Shown here: in pieces, positions 51,466-60,686 of the stretch | Layout of the letters: each line of letters starts with the position of its first letter | Position numbering within the stretch: position 1 is the first letter of the stretch | NCBI GenBank assembly: GCA_021802125.1 | Contig: JAKAAX010000006.1 | Coordinates: forward strand, 7,633-71,632 | DNA: 64,000 bases | Direction of reading: 5' to 3' | Source: Thermoplasmata archaeon | GTDB taxonomy: Archaea > Thermoplasmatota > Thermoplasmata > Lutacidiplasmatales > UBA184 | Notes under the pieces: generated by a model | The model's input: the letters and a program-made list of their open reading frames with translations, nothing else | The model's database searches: none | Told to the model about the DNA's origin: nothing | Program-made: the position numbers and the translations under genes

Positions 51466-54400
51466 ATGAACGAGCGGGGAGGCGACCCGGGGCGGCGGAC
51501 GTCGCGGCTGCTGATGGCGTCCGTCGCGGTGGGCGCGGTGCTTCTGCTCCTGCTCCCCGCGCTGGCCCCGGCGGTCCAGGGTGCGCCGCCCTCGCCGGCT
51601 TCCCAAGGGAAGGGCGGAGCCGCCGCTTCTCCCCCCGGCGGGTCCTCGGGGAACTCGGCTGCAGCAGCGGCGACCAGCCCAGGCCCGACCCACGGTCTGA
51701 AGGCTCCGCAGCGTGGATGCGATGCGCCCGCCGGATGGCTCCCGATCTGCCCGCAGGGAGTGTCGGCCACATCTCTCCCGAGTATCGCGACCAACAGTCC
51801 GTGGCAACCGGTCACGACGACCCACACTCCTCCGTTCGGCACCGGAGGATGGGGGGCGATGGCCTACGACCCGGCGGACGGGTACGTGCTGCTCTGGCTG
51901 CTCAACCTGACCTCGGGTGGCACGGACACCTGGACGTACTCGGGTGGCCAATGGAAGATGCTCGCGCCCGCCACCTCGCCTCCTGTGAACACGAACTACC
52001 CGACCATGACGTTCGACCCGGACCCCGCGGCCTGCTGGGTGGGAACGAACGGTTGCTTGGTCCTCATGATGGGCCGCACGTACGGGACCGAGCTCGAGTG
52101 GCAGTATGCGGGCGGCAGTTGGGTCAACGCGACCGGGTCCCTGACGCATATCATCGTGTCGCCTCAGAGCGATCTCGGGCTCGCGTTCGACCAGAACCGG
52201 ACCGACTGCGGTCCCTACGCCGGCGCCAACGGCTGCCTGATGGCCGCCTCCGGATGGGACGTCAACGCGACCTGCGGCATCCCGTGCATCGCGCCGGATT
52301 ACAGCGTCCGCGTGTGGGCCTACAACGAGGCCACGAAGGCCTGGGGGTCTTTCCCCAGCGGAGTGAGCGGGGGTGCCGTCGAGGACTTCGGCGCGACCAC
52401 GCTGCTCTACGATCCGAACGTGGGCCACCTGCTGATGCGCGCGCCCATGGCCCAGCTGTGCCACTACGAGATCTGCGGCCTGGAGCCGTCCACCTTGGAG
52501 CTCACCAGCAGCGGTTGGTCCTTCCTGTACGGGACGTGCGGGTCCACGCCGTACTGCTCCGACGGTCTGCATGGGCTCGAGAACGCGGGGATCGTCTTCG
52601 ACGCCGCGAACGCCTTTGCGTTCGTGTTCGGAGGGATGAACTCGTCGTCCAGCTCCGCGTTCAACACCTCCTGGGCCTTCTACGGCGACCAGTTCTCTCC
52701 GCCCGGCTCGGCCTGGCTCAACCTCGACGAGCTCGCGAGCCTGGGGACCGGCCCGAACCCCTCGCCTCACTCGCGCTTCGACCCGTTCGTCGCCTACGAC
52801 CCGAACTCGGCCGACTGCGGTGGCGGGACGCCCGCCCACGGCTGCGTGGTGCTCTTCGGCGGGTCCCTCTATCAGGACACGTGGCGGTTCTGGCTGCCGG
52901 TCACCCCGGAGATCTACGCCAACCCCGACCCGGTCTCGCAGGGGCACACGCTCTGGATCAACGTGACGGTGGTCGGCGGTACGGGGCACTTCATCTGGTT
53001 CAACCGGACCTGGAAGGGGAGCACCTATCCCGTCGGTTGCGCGGTGAACTCCATCGCCGACGACCTCCACAGCCGGGTCTCCTGCGTGCCGACCTTCTCC
53101 ACGAGCTGCCCGGGCGCCCACGGGAACTTCTTCAACGTCTCGGTCACCGTTACCGATAGCAGCGGTGAGCAGGGAACGTCCGGTTGGGACCCTCTCGTCG
53201 TCAACCCCTCTCCCCTCGTGGTGCACTTCTACGACCGGTACCCCGTCTGGTGGCAAGGGGTGGACCTCGGTCTGCTGGACCCGGTCGGGATCAACGACCT
53301 CACGGACAACTTCGGGATCGCGACCTGGGCCCAGTCGTACGACCCCAACTCCCCCACCGCCTGGGTGGCCATCGATGCCGAGGCGGTGCTGGTCCAGGAA
53401 CAGACCCCCCTGCCGCTCACCTGGACCTCCTGGGACGGGGTCGGGGTGGACTACGCCACCCTGACGGCCTCCCAGCTCGCCAAGCTCCCGCTCGACGATT
53501 CGATCGAGTTCAGCGTCCAGCTCGGACCGGCAGGCAGCTCGACGGCCTGCGCCACGGTCTACTCCGACTTGAACCTGAACGCGACGTACGGCAAGCACAA
53601 GCTCTCGTACTTCCCCGTGGGCCTCAGCGGCCAGTACGGGGCGGTGGACCCCGGCAGCATGGTCCAACCGCTGCTCGAGGGCATCCCCGCGATGGTGGCC
53701 GCGACCACCGCGTCCATCACGACCCTCTCCTGGGGCGACCAGGGAGGCCACGGGCAGATCCTGGCGTTCAACGCCACATACTTCATCAACGCGACGCTCG
53801 TGATGAACATCGCCGCGCTCACCGGTGCGACGCTGCCGGACCCCGTGGCGGGCACCGCGTCCATCATCCCACGGGCCAACGTCGCCCTCTCCATCAGCTC
53901 CTTCGGAAAGGTCAGCATCACCGCGGGAGCCTCCGTCCAGTTCCCGTTAGGCAAGGTCGCCGGGATCTCTTTCACCATCACCGAGAGCTTCACGGCCCAG
54001 GCCAAGTTCCAGTTCGAGCAGTACTACGCGGGGCTCACGTACGTGGGGCACCTCGTGCTCACGAATTTCTCCATCGCGTTGGGAGTGGTGATCAAGGCCT
54101 CGGTCACCTTCCCGATCTATGGGATCAGTCTCGGCCCGCTGGGCACCATCGGGTTCACGATGACGATCGCCGTGGCTTTAGGCGCGACGATCGGGGTGTT
54201 CTTCAATCAGACGAACGCGCCGCTCACGTGTCCCGTCGGGTGTTTCCTCGGATGGTTGCCCGTCGTGCTCCAGAAGGTCCAGGCGCTGATCTCCCTCGCC
54301 ATCAGCGTCGCGTTGGGGCTCTCGATCGCGGTGGCCAGCATCAGCATGGGCGGCACCCTGGAGTTCGACATCTACCTCCAGAACGTCCAGCCCGTCCTCC

Positions 54401-56793
54401 GCGGATGGCAGCTCATCGGGACGGTGTTCGTCAGCGTGAGCGTCCTCTTCTGGACGTGGACGGACAACCTCTGGTCCGGGGTCATCGCCTCCAACGGCAC
54501 TCCCAACCCTGGCATCTTAGGTGGGCCGGGGTACAGGGCAGCGAACAACTCCTTCGTCGTCGGCCCTCGGTACTACAACGTCTCGGGCTACCAGGCGGTG
54601 GTCTGGGTCCCCGGGTCGGTGCAGGGGCCCCTCATCAACGACGTGTATCCTTCGGGGGCCTTCGACATGGCCGGGGGCTCCGGCGGTCCCGCGGTCCTCT
54701 ACGCGACGGACAACGTCTCGCAACCACGGAACCTGGGTCTCTCGCTGGGGATGCTCTCGCTGGACCCGGCGAACCGTACCGCGACCCCGGTGAGCTTCTC
54801 GCTCCCTCCGGGGGAGATCGAGTTCAACCCCCGTCTCGTGAGCGTGAACGGGGGAGGGCTCCTCGCGCTCTGGGACGCCCTGCCCGACGCGCAGACCACG
54901 GTCGCCGGGCCCTCCCAGGTGACCGGCGTCTCGCTCCAGAGCGCGCTCTGGGACCCCACGAGCCGGACCTGGGGCCCTCCGACCACGCTCTCCACCGGGG
55001 CCTTCCCGATCTCCTACACCGCAGGCTCCTGCGGAACCGACACCCGCGTGGTGCACCTCGATGCTCCGTCCCTCCTGGGTCACGGCGGGTCGCTCGTCGA
55101 GCAGGACCTCGTGAGCGGGGTCACGATCGCTTCGGTGAGCGACCCGCTGGCCTCCGACGTCGTGTCGTTCGATTGTCCCAGCGGGCTCGTGTCGGTGAGG
55201 AACATCGACGGGAACTACACGGTGGTCAACATGACGAGCGGAACCCCGTGGGCGGTCCCCACCGTGCCCGGGTACAACCTGTCGTTCGTGTCCCACGCGG
55301 GAGGGAGCCCCGGAGACCTCGCGGTCCTGTACCGGGATTCCTCGTCCACACAGCTGCAGATCGACGGCACGGGCGGACAGCTTCTCGCGAACGTGACCCT
55401 CCCGGAGAACGTTTCCTCGGTCCAGGTGGACCTCGACGGCGGGACCTGGGTGGTGGCCGCTCAGGCCCCGGACGGGGTCCAGGTGTACCTGGTCCAGGGC
55501 ACCTCTCTGGCGCTGGTCCGTGACCTTCCCTGGCAGAACCTGACCCAGACCCGTCTTTCGGTCTCGCCCGGAGGAACGGCCACCCTCGTCGGCGAGACGA
55601 AGAACGGGGGTCCGGGGCTCCCGTGGATGAACCTCAGTGCCGCCTACGTGCCCCTGACCGCGGTCGGGCCCATCTCCGCGCTCCCGGGTTCCGTGGACGC
55701 CGGGGCACCGGTCACGTTGAGCGCCACCGCGGAGTCGGTGAACGGCCCGCTGCAGTACCTCTGGACCGGGTTGCCTCCCGGGTGCGTGTCCCTGAACGCC
55801 CCGTCGATCACGTGCACGCCCACGACGCCCGGGACCTACGGGATCGCCCTGCGGGTCACGGATGGACGCGGGGTCACCGCGACAAGCTCGACACTGACCT
55901 TCGAGGTCGGAGCGCCTCCCGCGGTCGGTGCGGTGAACGTCTCCAGCGCCCGGGTCGAGGCGGGGAGCTTCGTGAACTTCACCGCCCCGGTAAGTAGCTT
56001 GGGAGCGACCTCGTTCGCCTACTCGTGGTTCGGCCTTCCTCCCGGCTGCACTTCCGTGAGCACGCCTTTGCTGGTCTGCGCGCCCTCCGCCCCTGGGAAC
56101 TACACGGTCGGGGTGACCGAGCTCGACCTGAGGGGCGGCTCGGTGAGCGAGACCCCGGTCTCGATCGAGGTGCTTCCCCGGCTCGCCGTGGCCTTCCTCA
56201 CCGCGAGCGGCGACCAGGTGGCGACGGGGACCTCGGTCCGTTTCTCCGCCTCGGGTGAGGCCGGGGTCGGGCCCTACGCCTACTCCTGGGGGGGACTACC
56301 GAGCGGGTGCGCCTCCGTCTCGGTCAGTTCGCTGTCCTGCTCCTTCCCCGCCGCCGGGACCTTCTGGGTCACCGTGGTGATCACCGACGCGGACGGGATC
56401 ACGGCCGCCCGGTCCGTCAAGATCGTCGTGGAGTCTCCCCCCGCCGCCGGCGTGAGTGCGTTCCTCCTGGAGGTTCTGCTGTTGGTCGGCGTCGCCGCCG
56501 TAGCGGCTGCGAACGTGGCGGTCTGGTGGTGGCTGCCCAAGCGCAAGGCCCGCGGAGCTGGACCCAAGGCCGAGCAAGACACGTCAGAGACCCCCGCGCC
56601 GACACCGGGGTCCGCTACGCCCGCGCAGGCGCCTGCGACCACCTCGGCTCCCATTCCCAATCCCGCTCCTGCTCCCACTCCTGCTCCCACTCCTGCTCCC
56701 GTTGCCTCTCCGTCCGAGGTGGATGCGGGCGGCCAAGCAGCCTCTCCGCCAGCCTCGGCCGCTTCTCCGCCGGAGGGGGACCGGGGTGCATGA
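51466..56793 (+). CDS. giant (1775 aa) secreted/membrane protein: signal peptide, Kelch-like repeats, internal hydrophobic module, three Cys-containing He_PIG/PKD-like domains, C-terminal TM anchor and Pro/Ala/Thr-rich tail
   Basis: The signal sequence is RRTSRLLMASVAVGAVLLLLLPALAPAVQG. Kelch-type segments include AMAYDPADGYVLLW and TWTYSGGQW. The repeats carry W-x-GLPPGC...C-x-P...G-x-Y...V-x-D. The TM helix is LLEVLLLVGVAAVAAANVAVWWWL, followed by KRKAR. Confidence 0.8.
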   Translation: MNERGGDPGRRTSRLLMASVAVGAVLLLLLPALAPAVQGAPPSPASQGKGGAAASPPGGSSGNSAAAAATSPGPTHGLKAPQRGCDAPAGWLPICPQGVSATSLPSIATNSPWQPVTTTHTPPFGTGGWGAMAYDPADGYVLLWLLNLTSGGTDTWTYSGGQWKMLAPATSPPVNTNYPTMTFDPDPAACWVGTNGCLVLMMGRTYGTELEWQYAGGSWVNATGSLTHIIVSPQSDLGLAFDQNRTDCGPYAGANGCLMAASGWDVNATCGIPCIAPDYSVRVWAYNEATKAWGSFPSGVSGGAVEDFGATTLLYDPNVGHLLMRAPMAQLCHYEICGLEPSTLELTSSGWSFLYGTCGSTPYCSDGLHGLENAGIVFDAANAFAFVFGGMNSSSSSAFNTSWAFYGDQFSPPGSAWLNLDELASLGTGPNPSPHSRFDPFVAYDPNSADCGGGTPAHGCVVLFGGSLYQDTWRFWLPVTPEIYANPDPVSQGHTLWINVTVVGGTGHFIWFNRTWKGSTYPVGCAVNSIADDLHSRVSCVPTFSTSCPGAHGNFFNVSVTVTDSSGEQGTSGWDPLVVNPSPLVVHFYDRYPVWWQGVDLGLLDPVGINDLTDNFGIATWAQSYDPNSPTAWVAIDAEAVLVQEQTPLPLTWTSWDGVGVDYATLTASQLAKLPLDDSIEFSVQLGPAGSSTACATVYSDLNLNATYGKHKLSYFPVGLSGQYGAVDPGSMVQPLLEGIPAMVAATTASITTLSWGDQGGHGQILAFNATYFINATLVMNIAALTGATLPDPVAGTASIIPRANVALSISSFGKVSITAGASVQFPLGKVAGISFTITESFTAQAKFQFEQYYAGLTYVGHLVLTNFSIALGVVIKASVTFPIYGISLGPLGTIGFTMTIAVALGATIGVFFNQTNAPLTCPVGCFLGWLPVVLQKVQALISLAISVALGLSIAVASISMGGTLEFDIYLQNVQPVLRGWQLIGTVFVSVSVLFWTWTDNLWSGVIASNGTPNPGILGGPGYRAANNSFVVGPRYYNVSGYQAVVWVPGSVQGPLINDVYPSGAFDMAGGSGGPAVLYATDNVSQPRNLGLSLGMLSLDPANRTATPVSFSLPPGEIEFNPRLVSVNGGGLLALWDALPDAQTTVAGPSQVTGVSLQSALWDPTSRTWGPPTTLSTGAFPISYTAGSCGTDTRVVHLDAPSLLGHGGSLVEQDLVSGVTIASVSDPLASDVVSFDCPSGLVSVRNIDGNYTVVNMTSGTPWAVPTVPGYNLSFVSHAGGSPGDLAVLYRDSSSTQLQIDGTGGQLLANVTLPENVSSVQVDLDGGTWVVAAQAPDGVQVYLVQGTSLALVRDLPWQNLTQTRLSVSPGGTATLVGETKNGGPGLPWMNLSAAYVPLTAVGPISALPGSVDAGAPVTLSATAESVNGPLQYLWTGLPPGCVSLNAPSITCTPTTPGTYGIALRVTDGRGVTATSSTLTFEVGAPPAVGAVNVSSARVEAGSFVNFTAPVSSLGATSFAYSWFGLPPGCTSVSTPLLVCAPSAPGNYTVGVTELDLRGGSVSETPVSIEVLPRLAVAFLTASGDQVATGTSVRFSASGEAGVGPYAYSWGGLPSGCASVSVSSLSCSFPAAGTFWVTVVITDADGITAARSVKIVVESPPAAGVSAFLLEVLLLVGVAAVAAANVAVWWWLPKRKARGAGPKAEQDTSETPAPTPGSATPAQAPATTSAPIPNPAPAPTPAPTPAPVASPSEVDAGGQAASPPASAASPPEGDRGA
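55660..56445 (+). repeat. three tandem repeats of about 90 codons encoding Cys-variant He_PIG/PKD-like domains
   Basis: The three units are LQYLWTGLPPGCVSLNAPSITCTPTTPGTYGIALRVTD, FAYSWFGLPPGCTSVSTPLLVCAPSAPGNYTVGVTELD and YAYSWGGLPSGCASVSVSSLSCSFPAAGTFWVTVVITD. Confidence 0.75.
56668..56700 (+). repeat. 12-nt tandem repeat CCTGCTCCCACT (about 2.75 copies) encoding the PAPT tail
   Basis: Seen directly: the copies lie at 56668-79, 56680-91 and 56692-700. Confidence 0.8.
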
Positions 56794-59700
56794 TCGCTCG
56801 GAGCTCATGCCGCCGCGCCCGGATCGGAGCCGCGGTCCTCTCTCTCCTGCTCCTGGTCCTTCTCCTCCTCCCGGGCTCGCTGGTCTCGGGCAGGGGGCCC
56901 TCGCCCTACGTCGGAAGCCCGCATGGGGCGAGCCCCTCCTATGCTCCGGCCCCCTCAGCGAGCTCCTCCTCGCCGGGAAAGCTCTCCCCAAGGGCGTCCG
57001 AGCACGGGGCTTCCGCCGAGGTGAGGACGGTCCCCCCGGGGAGCCGGCCCGCGGGGTGGCCCGCTTCGCTCTCCTTCCCGCTGACGCGATCCTCCCTCGC
57101 GCAATTCCGGCCGAAGGTCGCCTCCGCGCCGATCGGGACGTGGGGCCTCGTGGGAACTCCCGCCGACCGTTTCGGTGCGAGCATGGCGTACGACCCCGAC
57201 CTCGGAAGGACCGTGCTCTTCGGAGGCTTCGACTGGAACGGCCACACGTACGGTGACACCTGGTCCTATGACCCGGCCAACGAGACGTGGGCTCCGGTCC
57301 CCTCTCCTACCTCTCCCGAGCCCCGTGGGTTCTCCGCGATGGCGTACGACGCCACGGACCACCTGTTGATCCTCTTCGGAGGCGACACCCTCCAAGGTTC
57401 GATGGACGCGGACACCTGGGGCCTCACCGCCGCGGGGACCTGGGAGAACCTGACCCCTTCCGTGGTCACCCCTTTCAACAACCCCTCTCCCCGGGAGTGG
57501 GCCTCCCTCGCCCCCTCCTTCGCGAGCGGCGTGGTCCTCTACGGGGGTTACGGGTACGTGGCCGGGGTCGGAGAGATCCTGGGCGACACGTGGTCCTTCA
57601 CCCTGGCCACGGGCTGGACGCAGCTCTGCCTCTACGGATCGTGCGGGCCCACCACTCCGGGTCCCCTGTTCGGGGCCACGATGGGCTTCGACACGTTCGG
57701 GACGGATGACGTCCTGTTCGGTGGTGACTTCGGCCCGAGCTACACCAACGCCACGTGGATCCTGAACTCGACCGGGTGGTACAATCTGACGTCGTTGGAG
57801 GTCCCCTCACCGGGGGCCCGCGCGTTCGCGACGATGGCGCTCATCGGCGGGCTGGAGACGGTGATGGGCGGGCTTTCCACCAACGGAGGGGAGTACTCGG
57901 ACATGTGGATGTTCACGCCTCCTACTCCGACCACGTTCTGGTCCCCCGTGAGCACCCTCCCCTACGGGGGCTTCTGGATGTCCTCCGCCTTCGACTCGGC
58001 CTCCGGGCACACCGTTCTCTGGGGGGAAGCGAACTTTTCGTTCGGGATGATCCCGAACGTCTGGGGGTGGAACGGAGGGGGCTGGTACGCCGAGTACGGG
58101 CCGGCCGGCAGCTCCCCTCCCACGCCGGACCTGACCGAGATGGCCTATGACGCGGCCGACGGTTGCGTGGTGGCCTTCTCTCCCGGCGTGAACGGATTGT
58201 TCCCGACGACCTGGCGTTACCAGCACGGGGCCTGGACGAACATCACGCCCACCGTCCCCACCTTGGCGAACTCCCCGCTCTCGCGCTACGGGGCGGCGAT
58301 GGCTTACGATGCTTCCGACGGGGAGGTGATCCTCTACGGGGGGATCAACCTGCCCACGGGCCAGCTGGCTTCCGACACCTGGGCCTTCGCTGGGGGGACG
58401 TGGATGAACATTACCCCGGCCTCCTCCCCTCCGCCCCTCTTCTTCCCGGCGCTCGCCCCAGCCTTCCCCAGTGGCCCCCTGGTCCTCTTCGGGGGGGATG
58501 ACCTGTCGTACAACCCCACCGCCGCGACCTGGACGTTCCTGCACGGGGTCTGGACATCGCTGTCGCCGGCGACCTCGCCCCCCGCACGCTACGATGCGGC
58601 CGCGACCTGGGACCGGAGCGAGCACGGCGCGCTGATCTACGGCGGGAACGGAGGGACGGTCCTGGACGACACCTGGCGTTTCGACCTCGTGAACGACACG
58701 TGGGTCGCGGTCTGTCAGCCATCCTGCACCGGGGTCACCGTCTCGTACCCTACGATGACCTACGACCCCCGCGACAACAAGACCATCCTGGTCGGGGGAC
58801 AGACGGGCGGGGCCTTCTACCTCTCGAGCGGGGCGTGGGCGGTCCAGAACACGCTCCCGGCCCCGATGCCTCGCTGGCTCGCAACGATGACCTACGACGC
58901 GAACCCCTCCGACGGATACGCCCTCCTCTACGGAGGCACGGGCGGAGGACAGCTCTTCGCGGACACCTGGACCTTCACCCCCGAGCTCAACCTGTCCGCT
59001 CCCACCGTCAACCGGACGAGCGTCGATGCGACCCAGCAATCGGTGCGGGTGAGGGGAGGGGTGACCGGCGGCGGCGCCGGTGGCGATCTCGTGTCGTGGG
59101 AGAACCTCCCGCCGGGCTGCACCGGTCTCACCGGGACGAACTTCACCTGCGTCCCTACCGTAGCTGGGAACTACACGATCTTCGACCAGGCGAACACCAC
59201 GGGAGGGGTCCCCCTCGCGTCGGGGAGCGTGGTCGCGCTCACCGTTGACCCCGCGCTGGTCCTCTCCCCCGCGGTCCGGTCGGACCGTGCCAAGGTGGAC
59301 GTGGGGTCGAACGTGACCTTCTGGGCGAACGCCTCCGGTGGGACGGGCACGTACTCCGACCTCTGGGGCGGCCTGCGGCAAGCGGTCTGTTCCGGGTCGG
59401 CAGAGTCGATCACGTGTCACTTCCCGGTCCCGGGGACCTACACGGTCTCGCTCACGGTGACCGACTCGAACGGCATGACGCTCCACGCGGCGCCCGTTAC
59501 GGTGAACGTCTACCCCGTCCCGACCGTCAGCCTGCCCGTGGCCAGCCCGGACCCGGCCCAAGTGGGCTCGTCGCTGAGCCTCTCGGCGGCGGCGGCCGGA
59601 GGTGCCCCTCCTTTGAGCGAGATCTGGAACGGCTTGCCCCCGGGCTGCGCCTCCGCCTCCACCCTCCAGCTGAGCTGCACGCCCACCTCGCCCGGAAGCT

Positions 59701-60578
59701 TCCTGGTCAACGTGACGGTCACGGACTCGAACTCGATCTCCGCGGTCTCCTCCTCGCTGACGTTGATCGTCCTGGGGATCCCGCCCACCCTATCGGTCAC
59801 GGCCCAGGCCTCGCCGACCAGCGGCACCGCGCCCCTGGGCGTGGTCTTCACCGCCGTCTCTCAGGGAGGCGCGCCGCCCGTCGTCTTCTCCTGGGACTTC
59901 GGCGACGGGAGCCGGGGTGTCGGACCGACGGCCGCCCACACCTACGGGGCCGGAGGTCAGTTCGTGGCCGAGGTCTGGGCCAACGACTCCCAAGGTGGGA
60001 GCGCTGTTACCAGCGTCACGGTCTCGGTGAGCGCCCCGCCCCTCCGCGCCTACCTGGTCGAGACCCCGCGCACGCTCACAACGGGGGAGAGCGTCGACTG
60101 GGTGGTCCAGGTCTCCGGCGGGACCGCACCATACTCCGTCGCCTGGAGCGGGTTGCCGTCGGGCTGCCCCACTACCGGCACGAACGTCTCGTGCGCGCCG
60201 GGGAAGGCCGGGACGTACGCCGTCTCGGTCACCGTGACCGATCACACTGGTGTCTCCGCCACCGCGTCCGCCTCCCTCGTGGTCACCGGCGCCTCCACGA
60301 ACATCTCGCCCGCATCTCCGGGTCTTCTTCCGTGGGAGCTGGCGCTTCTCGTGGGAGGGATCCTCGCGGGGGCCGCTCTCCTGGTGGTGGGCCTTCGGCG
60401 TAGGAGACCCCCCACCTCGAAGGTGCCCGCTTCCGACGCCGCTCCCGCTCCCTCGGTGTCGGAGAAGACGGTCGAGCCTGTCGCAGGATCCAGCACCAAA
60501 GCACCCGAGCCCTCGCTCCCGGTCGCTCCTGCCGCCGACCCGAGCCCGCCCCCGAGCCCGACCAGCTCCGCGGATTGA
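56790..60578 (+). CDS. giant (1262 aa) secreted, C-terminally anchored Kelch-propeller / He_PIG-PKD repeat protein
   Basis: ATG 56790 overlaps the upstream stop (ATGA). The signal sequence is RRARIGAAVLSLLLLVLLLLPGSLVSG. There are at least 10 Kelch-like units (ASMAYDPDLGRTVLFGG..DTWSYD; SAMAYDATDHLLILFGG..DTWGL; and others). Four Cys-variant He_PIG units and one canonical PKD (FSWDFGDGS) follow. The TM helix is LALLVGGILAGAALLVVGL, followed by RRRR and a Pro-rich tail. Confidence 0.8.
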   Translation: MIARSSCRRARIGAAVLSLLLLVLLLLPGSLVSGRGPSPYVGSPHGASPSYAPAPSASSSSPGKLSPRASEHGASAEVRTVPPGSRPAGWPASLSFPLTRSSLAQFRPKVASAPIGTWGLVGTPADRFGASMAYDPDLGRTVLFGGFDWNGHTYGDTWSYDPANETWAPVPSPTSPEPRGFSAMAYDATDHLLILFGGDTLQGSMDADTWGLTAAGTWENLTPSVVTPFNNPSPREWASLAPSFASGVVLYGGYGYVAGVGEILGDTWSFTLATGWTQLCLYGSCGPTTPGPLFGATMGFDTFGTDDVLFGGDFGPSYTNATWILNSTGWYNLTSLEVPSPGARAFATMALIGGLETVMGGLSTNGGEYSDMWMFTPPTPTTFWSPVSTLPYGGFWMSSAFDSASGHTVLWGEANFSFGMIPNVWGWNGGGWYAEYGPAGSSPPTPDLTEMAYDAADGCVVAFSPGVNGLFPTTWRYQHGAWTNITPTVPTLANSPLSRYGAAMAYDASDGEVILYGGINLPTGQLASDTWAFAGGTWMNITPASSPPPLFFPALAPAFPSGPLVLFGGDDLSYNPTAATWTFLHGVWTSLSPATSPPARYDAAATWDRSEHGALIYGGNGGTVLDDTWRFDLVNDTWVAVCQPSCTGVTVSYPTMTYDPRDNKTILVGGQTGGAFYLSSGAWAVQNTLPAPMPRWLATMTYDANPSDGYALLYGGTGGGQLFADTWTFTPELNLSAPTVNRTSVDATQQSVRVRGGVTGGGAGGDLVSWENLPPGCTGLTGTNFTCVPTVAGNYTIFDQANTTGGVPLASGSVVALTVDPALVLSPAVRSDRAKVDVGSNVTFWANASGGTGTYSDLWGGLRQAVCSGSAESITCHFPVPGTYTVSLTVTDSNGMTLHAAPVTVNVYPVPTVSLPVASPDPAQVGSSLSLSAAAAGGAPPLSEIWNGLPPGCASASTLQLSCTPTSPGSFLVNVTVTDSNSISAVSSSLTLIVLGIPPTLSVTAQASPTSGTAPLGVVFTAVSQGGAPPVVFSWDFGDGSRGVGPTAAHTYGAGGQFVAEVWANDSQGGSAVTSVTVSVSAPPLRAYLVETPRTLTTGESVDWVVQVSGGTAPYSVAWSGLPSGCPTTGTNVSCAPGKAGTYAVSVTVTDHTGVSATASASLVVTGASTNISPASPGLLPWELALLVGGILAGAALLVVGLRRRRPPTSKVPASDAAPAPSVSEKTVEPVAGSSTKAPEPSLPVAPAADPSPPPSPTSSAD
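58985..60300 (+). repeat. five tandem Ig-like domain-coding repeats (four Cys-variant He_PIG, one PKD)
   Basis: The units are SWENLPPGCTGLTGTNFTCVP, LWGGLRQAVCSGSAESITCHF, IWNGLPPGCASASTLQLSCTP, FSWDFGDGS and AWSGLPSGCPTTGTNVSCAP. Confidence 0.7.
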
Positions 60579-60656
60579 CTCGCGAACGCGCTCCGGGCCC
60601 CGCTCACCGGGTCACTTCCCACAGCTCCCTCTGCGAGCCCGTTCGCCCGCCGTGCA

Positions 60657-60664
60657 GTATTTAC
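60657..60664 (+). promoter_or_regulatory. TATA-like box (GTATTTAC) for the third giant gene
   Basis: It lies 23-30 nt upstream of GTG 60687. A T5 tract at 60670-60674 could also terminate the upstream gene. Confidence 0.45.
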
Positions 60665-60686
60665 GGGAGTTTTTGCTCGCCAAGAT

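Noticed and set aside
56440-56793. C-terminal TM helix of the giant proteins as a PGF-CTERM/archaeosortase or similar sorting signal.
   Set aside because: No PGF-like motif precedes the helix. The helix is followed by a polybasic stretch and a Pro-rich tail of 50-90 aa rather than ending the protein, so it looks like a plain type I anchor.
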